DNA of 61,949 nucleotides, filler included, from Choristocarpus tenellus KU-1152 (Eukaryota > Protista > Phaeophyceae), in the NCBI GenBank assembly GCA_964200185.2. It is 12 parts of 12 records of this genome, joined end to end, with 100 filler letters (N's around TTAATTAATTAA, not from the genome) between each part and the next. Parts side by side here need not be neighbours in the genome. Positions count along the whole stretch, not along the records: positions 23,881 to 26,786 come from CAXNAD020023752.1; positions 26,887 to 34,606 come from CAXNAD020005687.1; positions 34,707 to 38,993 come from CAXNAD020015284.1; 9 more parts are not named here. One strand, 5' to 3'. Position 1 is the first letter of the stretch; every line of letters begins with the position of its first letter. A model generated the notes under the pieces. The model did no database searches, was not told the origin of the DNA, and was given only the letters and a program-made list of their open reading frames with translations. Made by a program: the position numbers and the translations under genes. Below are positions 26,349 through 38,945 of the stretch, piece after piece.

Positions 26349-28000
26349 CTGTAGCAATATTGTTGTCGAGTGACGCACGCACACACCTCATGGTGCACAA
26401 CAAGCACAACATAAGCATATGTTTGTACGTGTGTATATGTAGCTTCGCATTTATATTTTTCGGAGTATTCCTGGGGTCCTAATGCGGAATAGGGTCGTTT
26501 TATGTATTGTACTACTCTGCAGCGTTTGCACTAGGCAGGCAGAAAGGTTTTACAGGGAACAAGCAACTACCCCTTTGTTGAATTCCATGTCCACAGTCCT
26601 CCACATCCGCATCCAACAGTGATAAGAACAACTGAGGCAATGGCACTGGTCGGTATTGCCAAACTTTACCTTAACTATATGGCCTACAATTTAAAAAAAT
26701 AAACAAAATGAAAGGATGTCTTGTAGAGTCAAATTTCCATGAGATCCAAAGTATCTGGGGGGGGGGGGGGGGGGGGGGGGCTGCCTNNNNNNNNNNNNNN
26801 NNNNNNNNNNNNNNNNNNNNNNNNNNNNNNTTAATTAATTAANNNNNNNNNNNNNNNNNNNNNNNNNNNNNNNNNNNNNNNNNNNNCCCCCCACCCCTTC
26901 CTATAAGATACGTTGGCTGTTGATGGCGTCAACCACGTCCTATCTCAAGTACTGGGAAGTCTTAATGTGTAATGCATGGGTTTCTCTTGGCTTCCCTTCA
27001 CAGCTTCATTTCATCTTTTCTTCCTTTATTTCTTCCCTTCTGCAGTTTTTTTGTTATTTTCTTCAGTGTTGTCTCTTCACACCCTACCAAAAAGTATGCT
27101 GCTTCACCAAGAAGATGATATAGAATGTGTTTTATTTAGTTACAGCGAAGAGAGCGAGACCTATCCATAAGAGGGAGTTGTTCCTAGTCTCCACAAGAAC
27201 GCTTTCACGCAATTTCGGTAGATTATCTGTAGAAACATTTCCTAATATATATTTCTTCAACAGATTGCACTCTGAGGACCTGAGAAAGGTAAAAAAATCA
27301 CAATTTTGTGCAATTCCAGAAAGAGCTTTCGCTTAATTGTGGTATCACTTTGTGTGAGGGAAGGGGGAATCTCGATCTTGCGTATACTAATCTGCGCTTA
27401 GAGCAATGGAGTAGAGTGTATTTACTGCACATGGTAGGAAATATGGCTTAGAAGGTAGAAGGGTCTAAACCTTCCTACCTCTCGGTTTGTTTGGCTCATA
27501 ATATCTCCCGCAAGGCCAGCACCATAGAGTAAGTAACATGGAGGGATAAACATGTTAATTAGAGTGTATTGTCAGAAGAATGCACCAAAATATCTGTGCT
27601 CTAACTATTTTCAATTCCTTTTACCCCAACTACTTCAAAGTACTTCACGGTTATCCAGCCAGCAAATGCAGTATTTCTTGAGACTTGCATCGCTCTCAAC
27701 AGTGCCAACCATACCTACACCAGTGTCTTAACATACAATCTCTGCCAGTATATACTTCCTCAGGTTAATCCTTGAAAGATCGTTATGTTCTAAGCTATGT
27801 GTAATTTCCACCCCATTCCAACATTATCAACACTGATGTAGTAGCTTCTTATCTTGTTCGATCTATGGACATCCAATTTCCCACTCACACCACCAGATAT
27901 CCCTTGCATTAAGCTCTTATCACATATTAAAAAAATCGATGAACTCAAGAATTGAAAAAGTATTGGCAATATCCTACCAGCTAGTTCCATCCCTTTCATT

Positions 28001-28855
28001 TTGTGTCTGTCTGTGCTTTTCAGCAAGGGGAGGATGCCGCAATGGGTTTTGAAAGTCTTGAGTGTGAGGGGTGAGGAGACTCGCCAGAGTATAATGCTGT
28101 TTCCCTACACCTTAGTGCGCTGGTACAATAATTTCCATAGTGTGACGGTTTCATGTACGTTTACGGTATATTCGACACAACATATAGTAGAGCAGTACAT
28201 ATTGTGGTATGATGAGTCAGACGAATGGTTATGGTCGACTGTTGATACCAAAACAATGGATCGGCCCCTCGAAAATATATGTTTCCTGTACATCCTACCT
28301 ATTCACCCCGCAACAGATCTTGGCAATGAGCCTATATATGCCAAGATTTTCAACATTTTTTTTGATGAGTATTGGGAACATGTGTTTGCCAGTACTGGTG
28401 GTGGCCTAGTGATTCCTTTTGTTTTAGTATCTGACCCATATCTTGCAATTACTGACGCCAAACGCAAGCACCATCGTTGTGGGGAGAATCTTACAAGCGA
28501 AGAAATTCATGACATTTCCCGTAACAGGTTGCCACGTGTATGTCGAAACATCACAGGTAGTAATGGGGGAGTTGCGGGAAACTACCATCACAAACCAATG
28601 ACCCTGTTTAACGGATTGGTTCCAATGACCGCATATATCAACAGTCGTCCCCTCAGACTGAAATTTCTTTCCCTTGGAATTCACTCTACCCTGATGCTGA
28701 CTTCCCTTGCTGATGCAAGACTATTCCATTCCGGTTGGATATTTCTCAGTGCTTTCGTGTGCAGCAAGCCCAAGAAACGAGGGTCATGGTGCCGATATAT
28801 TGATAAGGAGAGTAAGAAAAGGACCATGTCTTCCCTCACTAGCTGCACCTACTAA
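28001..28855 (+). CDS. Orphan 284-codon open frame, function unknown
   Basis: Long stop-free frame in AT-rich sequence with globular-like composition. No recognised motif, and the true start is unclear. Confidence 0.35.
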   Translation: MCLSVLFSKGRMPQWVLKVLSVRGEETRQSIMLFPYTLVRWYNNFHSVTVSCTFTVYSTQHIVEQYILWYDESDEWLWSTVDTKTMDRPLENICFLYILPIHPATDLGNEPIYAKIFNIFFDEYWEHVFASTGGGLVIPFVLVSDPYLAITDAKRKHHRCGENLTSEEIHDISRNRLPRVCRNITGSNGGVAGNYHHKPMTLFNGLVPMTAYINSRPLRLKFLSLGIHSTLMLTSLADARLFHSGWIFLSAFVCSKPKKRGSWCRYIDKESKKRTMSSLTSCTY

Positions 28856-30999
28856 GTAGATGTATTCCTCCCAAGGCACATCTGCAAGTCTAGAGATGCG
28901 AAAGCAGGCACGACTTCGTTTGTCATACTTGGAATAAGTGTTGTGGTTCTCAAATGGGTGGCATGGTGCCTTCCAGAATGCACACTTGACCGTGTGATCC
29001 ATATTTCAAGGGCCTGATAGTAAGCACAAAATGATACGTTTGAAGTCATGGAGTATTGAACTCTGCAGTGTACAATTTGTTTTCGACAAATGCAATAACG
29101 ATCAACAAATAACCTAGTGTTGTTGTAGCTGTACAATGTGTACAACATAAAATGTAGTTGGAGTTGGAGCACCTGACCTGGAAGTGGAAGTTTTTTCCGT
29201 TTGGTTCTTGTACCGCTATTGCCACCCTGTTTTGTAGAGAGACCCTCAGAACATGTTCGTTGATACAGTTGTATTATAGACAATTCTCCATCTCTTCCAC
29301 TCGTCATATGCCACGAAACGGGATCGTAAAGCACGCCTGATGTACTCCAATAATAAACGTCATTGCCAGCAATAAATTAGACAATAAAACGTGACGATCT
29401 GGTGGGAAATGATTTCAATCAGCAAATGTATCTTAGTCCTGTGTGTTACCAACACAAGACCTAATCATTAGAATGATCTGTCAGTGAAAAGACTGGTAAG
29501 AGTTCGTTGTTTGGATGGTCTAAATTGCGCAGAAAACGAGGTGTGTACGTAGTAGCGGTAAGATATGGATAAGGATTGTGCTGTAAGAACACAGAACGTT
29601 CACACGACTGCAATATCTGCACAGACGACAAAAGACAACAGGAACAGCAGATGTTTCACTATTGATGGGCAGCAGCACACAATTCAGATACGAGAGTAGA
29701 TTGTAATGTCGTACTTTTCATACTTGGATTATATTCTTGATCAAGTTACTACTATTGATGAGAATGGTACACACCTCCAGAGACGAGACAATGCAATATA
29801 ACCCGTGAACCTCACGACTGAGCATACACTCTCAACATCATGGTGTAATGCTCCTGCTGCAGGTGCAATGTACTGTAGATGTGAGATAGTGAATCACACG
29901 ACAATAATACCACTACTTATTTTGTGGCTTCCACTTCTACTACACGTGAGTGACTCAATCAAACTCAACCATGAGGGTTATTTCCTGGGCTCCGTGTCGT
30001 ACTTAACGAACTAATTCGAGTTAGTAGTCACTGGTTGGACTATTATGTTGGTTGCATCAATTTACTGGTTGTTTCTCAGGATGTCCAATTCTTGCTAATA
30101 ATGTCGAGGGACAGGAGATTGCCTTCTTTCCAGCAGGATGAATACAACATGCTACCTAGACGTGAAGAAATGAATACTAATGATTAGCAATTCTTAAAAA
30201 AAAAGGTTTGTTTTGCATCAAGTCCCCCACCTGTGCCCCCCCCCCCAATCTCAGATTTTTTCATAGTTCTTGTTAGTGCAATACCTCACGCAATGTTGGG
30301 CAATGGCCAACTACTATCGCAAATAGTACTACTTTGAAGTATGGTCAATGATATATGTTTCCATTTTCCGCTCAAAATCATCATGACAATGATATTGAAT
30401 GGCGGGAGTTGTTTTGCTGGTGGTTTACCACGCTGCAAAAACAGCGGTAGAGGTGTGCACAAGGCAGGTGGCAGCAGGCGGAGGTAGGAGTGGTGGTGAG
30501 TGTTGCAAGTAGTGAAGGGATGAAACCGACCTGTACATTTACAACCTACGAAGAGTGTTCGTGGATAGTGTTGCTGATACACTATAGACACCACCAGTGG
30601 AGTAGAAAATAGGATGGAGACCCAGTGATAGATATACTGTACGTATTGACTCACTAATGTCCATTAATTTGTGTGATGTTCTAGATACGCTTGATATACT
30701 GAAGACAAGTAAGTAAGTGGTTCATAGTAAATTAGTGTGGACGATTGCAAACCCCACACTACAGGAGTAGTAATGGTAGTCTGCATCTGTCTCACCTCAC
30801 AAGTTCAGTCAGTGGAATTGAGACCATAAGCCTCTTGTCACATCAATATTGTATATTCACACCAAGCCACTTATTTTCCTCTACCAAGACATATAACCAC
30901 AGGTCCAGTGTGGAATATTTCAACGAAGAGTACGATTTTTTCAAGTTCCACGTCGAGGAATCAATTAGGTCTCACACAAGTCTTGAAAAAAACCCCTAT

Positions 31000-31259
31000 G
31001 AGTGAAAGTGTCTTAGAGGGTACGAGTTTTCCCCTGTTTGTCCATTTGGGACTTGGCTTCTGATGGTCTCTTTTTATTTCATTTTCCTACTCCAAAATGT
31101 TTCAGGGTATGTAAAATGTGCACGTTATGAAAAGGTGTGTGCGGAACAAGGATATTGACCCTTCCTAACATATACGATAGCCAAAATTACATCAAAATTC
31201 CAACATTGGATTTTGGACCCTAAATGGACACGGCTCTACCTTCTAAGATACTTTGGCTC
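31000..31259. mobile_element. Complete 260-bp MITE, same family as 4558
   Basis: GAGTGAAAGTGTCTTAGAGGGTAC...CCTTCTAAGATACTTTGGCTC. Flanks are CTAT and (C)TATA. Confidence 0.8.
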
Positions 31260-31433
31260 TATATTAATGTGAACGAGCGATGAATTATTTGTGCCTTCAA
31301 ACAGCTGATGAACCAACTATTCAAATCCAAAGCACCACCATGTACTCGTGGTTGTTGGGTAGGTAGAGCTCGCCAAGTGCCGTGCACACTATGGTTGATA
31401 ATATGCACAAGGAATAGTTTTGGAGCCACTAGC

Positions 31434-31735
31434 AGATAGATCAGACTAAATAATTATTCTAGGGAGTAATGAACATCTCTATTCTTCTGTAAGCAACCAA
31501 CTGTTTTGATAGTATCGTGTAGTGATAGAAATATCGTAGGTAGATAGATACGACTAAACAATTAGGGATGTAATGAACACATCTCTATTCTCCTGGAAGC
31601 AATCGATTGTTTTGATAGTATCGTAGGTAGATACGACTAAACAATTATTGTAGGTAGTAATGAACACTTTTTTATTCTCCTGGAAGCAACGGATTGTTTT
31701 GATAGTATCGTGTAGTACTGCAAATATCGTAGGAG
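31434..31735. repeat. Three diverged tandem units of about 85-110 bp
   Basis: GACTAAA(C/T)AATTA...GTAATGAACA...TATTCT(C/T)CTG(G/T)AAGCAA...TGTTTTGATAGTATCGT occurs three times. Confidence 0.9.
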
Positions 31736-32901
31736 ATGAAAAGTAGAACGTAGAGGAACCATGGATCTTTTTTTGGCAAACCTCAGTGAATTGTGTGAAA
31801 GCTGTTAGTTCCGTTAGAGGAGAACCCTGTGTACCATGCTAGGGTGAAATCGTGACACAATTGAGTGTTGACCACTTCCTTGAGAAGCAAAGGGATACTC
31901 GTATCACAATTAACACCTGTTTCAATTATTGCACCTTCCATCAAAAACATGAAAGCACTTTACATATTCTAGAGTAGTAGCCAAAACCTTCATCTTTCAC
32001 ATGAAAGGATGCCTTTCTACTGGTGGTACAGTAAAATGTTTGTCAGAAGACTCCAAAGATACAAACAACGTAAGAATTTCACGGTGCCATTCCAATGTTG
32101 TTGCTCTGTCTTTGGCGAGGTTCACACACAGTAACTGTTACATTAATTATAGTGTAACTCTTCTTGAGCTGTTCACTTGACAGAGTTTGATCAAAACCCC
32201 CCAAGGAGTTACTACAAGCAATGCCTGTGGCACAGCTGCTGCTTCTTCCCTCGGGACAAACACTGTTAAAGAAATGTTGAAATGAATTGGTTGTGTCTCT
32301 CACCCAAAGGCAATATGCTCACCCACTCAAGAGTCCGCCTTGAGGGGAAGGTATCGACAGGTGCCATATTGCCCTCACAGAACGGGCGTGAGACTTCACA
32401 TGTGCTTACTCTACCACATCAGAAAAAGATACTCCACTAGAAAATAATAAATAATAAATAAATAGGGAATCGATCTCCTCACAGCAAAAACGCCTTCACA
32501 ATGATGACGATGATGAGTTTCCCCATGTAGTCCTACCACAAGCCTGACACAAACATACCCCTTCTCATTGGTATTGGTGGAGTCATCTACCCACGTTTTT
32601 ATTTTTATTTTTCCAAGGTAAAAGCGACAGACAGGCTCAACAGACAAGAACAATGATGGCAAGGAGCTTGAACGGGAGCATCTTGTGGCCACCAATGGAC
32701 GGCGGCGAAACCCCCCCACAACAAAGTTGCCCAAAAACTTCACTAGAGGTAACTTACCTCAGCAACACACCACAAGCCCCAAATACATCCATCCAACAAA
32801 GATATTCTCAAGGGAGGTAGACAGGGGGTGGAGAGGTGGGGGCAGAGGGACGGGGGGAATAACTACTTTAGTCTCTCTCCACTACATAGTACTCCGAGGC
32901 A

Positions 32902-33707
32902 CTATTTAACATCGACCATCTTCATGCCCTCTTGACCGATCTCCTTAATCAAGCACACCCAATCCACCATAGCCTCCTGTGACCGTCCTCGTACCACGTG
33001 TTTTAACACAGTGTAGTCCTGAAGGTTTGGCATCGGATTCCGTCCACAGCATGTTCACAAGGGGGGACAGGGTTCAAGCAAGTAAGAACACTGTACAGAG
33101 TGACAACGTCAGAAAAGCGTGAGGGATGTATGTTTATGTATGTTTATGTATGTTTATGTATGTATCTATACACACACACCAAATACCTCTCAAGGGCACT
33201 GGGAGGAGGACGGGGGGCGGTGGTATACCCCAAGAAAGCACTGAACTGTGGGGGATTGTCAGTCCACCATTGACATGTAAGAACAATTCCTTTTGCACTC
33301 ATTTGTCTGTATTTGTCTCTATCATACACTCTTTTTTACGGTACTCAAAGGCTTTTCTCAAGTAGTGTGTATTACCTTCTTCATGTGATGAAATGTTTGT
33401 TGAATACGCAACAAACAATTTTCACTAAAAAATAAAACAAAAATCCGTACAGAAATACACACACACACACAAGTGTTTCTCCAAGCCAAATTAAGTGATC
33501 ACGAAAATAACATTGAAACAACTTTCGTACTTGTCTAAAATTACATTACGCGAAAGGAACCTCCCCCCCCCCGATTTCTACCATTAACCCATGAACTCTA
33601 ACCAGTGCACCCTTACACTTTGCAGTACATACATTTGAATCCCCACAAAACATATAGTACAAAAACTGCTCAACACAACAACCTAACAGATAGCGCACCC
33701 CAAGCAC

Positions 33708-33756
<49 letters not shown>

Positions 33757-34429
33757 TTTTCTCTCTCTCTCCTGTTCAGTATCAGTTCGAACAGTTCGCA
33801 AGGCAGAGATCTTAATACCGCATCGGGAAGGCTTTTCTCGTGGTCTTGTAGCAGGCGGCATAGAATAGGCACAGTAGAGACTAATTTGGATTTGCCGATA
33901 TAATAGGGAAACACGATCAGACTATTTACAAAACAGGAGACACTCACTACCTCAGACACATCACCCTGTTACAAAAAAAAGCGTGTACCCAAACCCCTAA
34001 CCAAAATTCCCCTCTGCCCTCCCTCCACCCACCTTGAAAACAGACGTGATCCCAGCGGTGGGGCGGTGTTCTGTGATCTCAAAGGTCGCATCACTGCCCT
34101 TGACAGGCTTGAATGTCACCTGAACATGGAGTCAAGGCACGTTGTCCCGCAAGAGGGCAGGTATGTGCCGCATCCGTTGTTGTTGAGGGTTGTAAAAATC
34201 CAATCTTCCGATTTTGATGCAATTTTGGCTTATATCGTGTTTGTTTGCGAGTGTGTCAATATCCTCACTCCGGACACGCCTTCCATAGTGGTATACATTT
34301 TAAGGTAACCAACTGTGTCCACGCAGAAAAAACCAAAAATAAATAAATGAAATGGAGTGTATTGCACCGGGCAGGAAAGATGACCTTTAATGCAGAAAGG
34401 CTCCAAACCTGCCTACCTCTAAAATAGTT
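32902..34429 (-). CDS. PH-domain protein, 3' exons 34385-34429 (weak donor), 34033-34119, 32902-33018
   Basis: NYFRGRQVWSLSALK|VTFKPVKGSDATFEITEHRPTAGITSVFK|DYTVLKHVVRGRSQEAMVDWVCLIKEIG...*. This shows the PH C-terminal helix with its conserved Trp, and the junctions are phase 0. Confidence 0.6.
33712..33755. repeat. (TA)n microsatellite, intronic
   Basis: Direct observation. Confidence 0.97.
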
Positions 34430-34556
34430 CTGCCCCAGTAGTAGCACAAGAGTGACATTGTACTCCATGAACGCACCAACTCCAGAGCTAACAACAACCT
34501 CACCAGAACAAAGAGGTTAAAAATCACCCCCCCCCCCCCCACCCCCCCCCCCACAC

Positions 34557-34606
<50 letters not shown>

Positions 34607-36849
34607 NNNNNNNNNNNNNNNNNNNNNNNNNNNNNNNNNNNNNNNNNNNNTTAATTAATTAANNNNNNNNNNNNNNNNNNNNNNNNNNNNNNNNNNNNNN
34701 NNNNNNGGGGTGGGGGGGGGGGGGGGGGGTGGTGTGGGGGGGGTGGGATTAGGCTGCTGAAGGCAAGCATCTATGTTTGTGATGTTATTTACCTTGTCAT
34801 GGTCAAAGAATGAGAAGAATCTACTGTGGTAGTGAAATGAATGTTCAGCAAGTAGGCAGGGGAATCGGAAATGTGTGGGGTAGGGGGAGAATGAGAATCC
34901 TCGGTGTGATTGGGGATGAAAGTTTTTTTCTGATTTTCTCACCCAGTGTGATAACATGTTTATTTATTTATTGCTGTTGTACTGGCCATAATTTATTCCT
35001 ACATTATTTCTTGTCGCAAGAAGGTTGTTACCAATCCTCATGTGCATGACCTCAATGGTTACTGCCTATGGCTGCTAGGCTAGAGCTTTCCTTGCATGCC
35101 TTCTTTGTATGTTGTTCAGCAATGTTTATTGCTGTGCCAGTTGTTCTGTATGGCAGAGCAGTGATCGTCCTGTTGGGAATGAATCTTACTGCTTTCCTTG
35201 ATGTTGTGCCATTCATGATGGCGCATACAGAAGGATTTCCTCCTTGAAAGGTAGTTTTGATTACCAGAGTAACAGAGTCCAATATTTTTGTGAAATGAAA
35301 ATACAGTTACAGCTTGAATGATATAGATACACATTATTGGTGGTTACAAATAGAACATGCAGGTACAAGGATCATAACGCAACACTATTTGATCCATTTG
35401 CTTCAAACTAAAACTAGTAGTAAGTTCTGTATTAATGACCCTCCATATTGTCGCTCAGCACACTTTCCAACACTGGGTCTAGCAATCCTGTTCTCACCCT
35501 CACCAACAGTATCTATTGTAGTTTATCATAGGACCAAACTGGGTGGGGGCATGCATGACTTGGTTTTTTTAGAACTCAGGTGGTATCAAATCGGAAATCT
35601 GTGTCCTCTTACTACTTCCTTCCTTCGAGAAAGGAGCTGCCAATTTATTCTGTAACAGGCTGTGTATAAACTAGGAGTCTCGCTTAATCGGAAGTACGGT
35701 AGTATAACTACAAGACCGCTGTGACAGTTTATTTATTATTATTTGTGCCATTTGGGTCATGTGTAGGGTCATACCCAATCGCAAACTTGCACGAAACAGT
35801 GAATTTACAGATCAACATTAGAGTTGGGTTGGCGGTCAGTCCGTGAAATACTTCTATTATTTTAAAAATCCTTGTTATGACTCTGATATCATTATTGTTC
35901 TTACACTTCATGGTAGTTAATGAATCTCAACAGCGCGTAATTTGAGTCGTGTTGTTAAGAATGCAGATGTGTACATAGGGTAAAAAAAATATCGCCAAAG
36001 TATTATTGTTGGAGGGATGAAGTTGATAGTTGGTGTCAAAAATACACTACAACAGGAAGTCGTGTTGGATTGTCACATCAAATGACATAGATAGGAGACT
36101 CACACATCATACCTTTGCCTGGATGTTGACCCCTGCATGGCTTCTGTCATCGTCTTCAGAAATAGCTTTCGAGGTACCGGAGTAAAATATAATTGTTCCT
36201 GTACTGGAGTCAACCGTGCTTGATGACAAACAGGTATTTCTTGTACTGCTATCTTTCGAGCTTTAAAAACGAATTTTGCTTGGTTGAAGTACAGTAACAA
36301 CAGCATCAATTTACAATTAGTAATGGTTGTACCACTGGTATCTCAGATCCTTTATCTTCGAAGGAAGTGGTATATATAGTATCTGTGGCGTTTGGATTTC
36401 ACTGTTTTCACTTATCTGGGAGGTCATACAATTGTCCAGATGCGGTATACTTCTAGTACTACTGTGTACTTGGATGTGGATGTCTTCTATCAGCGACATT
36501 TTTTCACCAGTGCAGTCACCTGAAGAAGTGCTGGAGAATACTCTTCTCCATGTTGCATGTGGAGCAATGCTGCTACAAGAATATGTACATGTCGGACAAA
36601 TTAAATACAACGATCAATTTACCACAAATCAAAAGCCGTTCTCATCATTAATGTGATATATGCGAGTTGGGGCACATCCTCACAAACTAAACATGTAGGA
36701 GTTAAATCTTCCATTTGTGGGTCCGAATAGGGTTCAGAAAGAAACTCTCACAGATGTCAGATAACGGGCTTAAGAAAAATGTCGCAGGAAGTTACAGAAA
36801 TGTATCCTTCCAAAGACCCTCCACAGTTGAACCGAAGTTATCAGAAAAG

Positions 36850-38945
36850 AACCTGATGTGTCAAGGGGAAAACAAATGAAAAATTACATATATATGTCAG
36901 TATAAGCCCTAACATTGTAATTCCGAGCGTTTACGGGGGGGTACTCTGGGGACTCAATTAATATATTTTGGAGAGATATCTTTCACATTTACGACAACTG
37001 TTACTTTTACAGGGATCCTTATGATATTTGTTTGACTTTTTCCCTGAAAAATCTCCAAAATGTGAGAGGGCATAATAATAAAAATATGTAATATCTTTCA
37101 CATTTATGGCTACAGTTACTCTTGTACAGTGTTGGCAGTCGCCTCTAGGACAGAATTTATCCTGGTCTAACTTTTGATCGGAGAGGAGTTTTTCGTCGAA
37201 ATAAAGCTTGATGTGACACTTGAATCACTCCTAACATTATTAGATAGGTTGGAGTTGGTTGTGGTGCGATGGGCGAGAGGGCGATTTTCCTCACTAAAAT
37301 CAAGTTACTTAGATATCCGTCCGTCCGTCGTCCAGTATATGGCTTGGAGGGCTGGTTCTCCTCTCCCAGAGGACGAGTTTTTGCACGGGATAAGAAAAGT
37401 CGTGATCCTCCATGTCTCATCTGTCTGTGTGCAACCCTAAACTCTTCATTGTTAATGTAGCTCCACTGTTATGCCTAAAAGCTCATCAGACAGCAGTCAG
37501 CTAGCCAGCCCTCAGCATCGAGCTTGGCCAAGAACACACACTCTCCGTCGTAGTCGTGACCCCTCTTTGATTTTTTGTTCCGCAGTGATTGACTGATCCA
37601 CTCGATCAAACGCGAGTCCCCCTCTAGACACACGGCTTTCACCAGCGCGTACACTCTGCCCAACCTCAGCGTTCGACTTCTGTGAAACTTATAGCCTGGA
37701 CGTAGAGACCGTACCACGATATCCAGCATGTCCTTCGACAGAGGGGCTTCCGCAACCATTGTGTCGAGTTTTGTGAGGACAATCTACGTTGTAGTGAGCT
37801 GCGTGCGAAGGTTAAGGTCCGAAAGTCTCGCACAGTATATTGTTAACAACCACCTTAATGATAGCATCACAGGTCTTGATTAATTTCGAGGCGATGCAAG
37901 GCGACCTGATAGGTAATTACCATATCAAATTGAAGCCGAGATCATAAGTAATCGATTGGCGCAAGAAATCCGGTCGCAAAAATCTTGATATGATTTTCAG
38001 CGTTTTTTTTTTTTGGCAATTCATCCGAATTCCTAACTCAACACCAAGTAATTTGCGATCAGATTTCTTTGCGCCCATTGACAGCATTGGTCTCAGCCTT
38101 AGTTTGATATGCTGATCACCGATCAGAGTGCTTTTCGTCACCTTGAAATTAATCAAGGCGGTCTTATCCTAGAGGCGACTGATAGGGGTTCCTATGATAT
38201 TGAATTGGCTTTACATTGGTTTTTCCCTTACAAATCTACAAAATGTCCGAGGGCATAATAATATGTTTATTTGACATGTGAATAGATTTTGTTGATTTTC
38301 CTCTGACATATCTGGAAAATGGGAGAGGTCATAATAATATAATTTATACTATTATTATTATTGTTATTATGACGTAATGTATACTTCGAGTATATAGGAG
38401 AGTGGTTCGTACAACTACCAACTTTTGTTGGAGTGTTTTTTTTTTATTATCATGCCTTCTGATATTTGGAGATGTGTCAGGGGGGAAACATTATTATGAT
38501 TTATTATTATGACATAATGCATACTTCAAGTATATGGGAGAGTGGTTCGTATAAACACCAACCTTTTTAGGGAGTGTTCTTTTTTTTATTATTAAGCCCT
38601 CTGACATTTCGGAGATAGATGTGTCAGGGAGGAAAAAAATGAAAACTATACATATATATGTCAGCTATGTCACGCAGGAGTAGGTAGATTGGAAGCACAG
38701 TGGTAGAACAAAAATATTGATAGTGGTGAAATAATAAATAGATTAGTGTTTATCACAATTATAGTGTTTTATAGTGTTTTTCACATTTACGATATTTTAT
38801 TTCTTTAGGGCGTCTGATACATGTATATCATATATTATTATGCCCTCTGACATTTTGCAGATGTGTCAGGGGGAAAATAAATGAAAACTATACATATGTC
38901 AGTATATATATTATTATGCCCTCTTCTAATATTTTGCAGATAACA
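36850..38945. repeat. Array of AT-rich hairpin repeats in both orientations, interrupted by a TIR element
   Basis: Recurrent TTATTATGCCCTCTGACATTTT(G)CAGATGTGTCAGGGGGAA and its reverse complement. The block 38360-38480 is duplicated at 38500-38630. Confidence 0.8.
37136..38181 (-). mobile_element. ~1.05-kb TIR element carrying a short GC-richer ORF (37475-37759)
   Basis: Perfect 15-bp inverted repeat CAGTCGCCTCTAGGA / TCCTAGAGGCGACTG. The flanks rejoin into one unit of the surrounding repeat. Confidence 0.65.

Noticed and set aside
33546-33959. ORFs with IYIYIY runs (likewise HTHT/VCVC at about 56100 and RERE at about 59900)
   Set aside because: These are translations of dinucleotide microsatellites.
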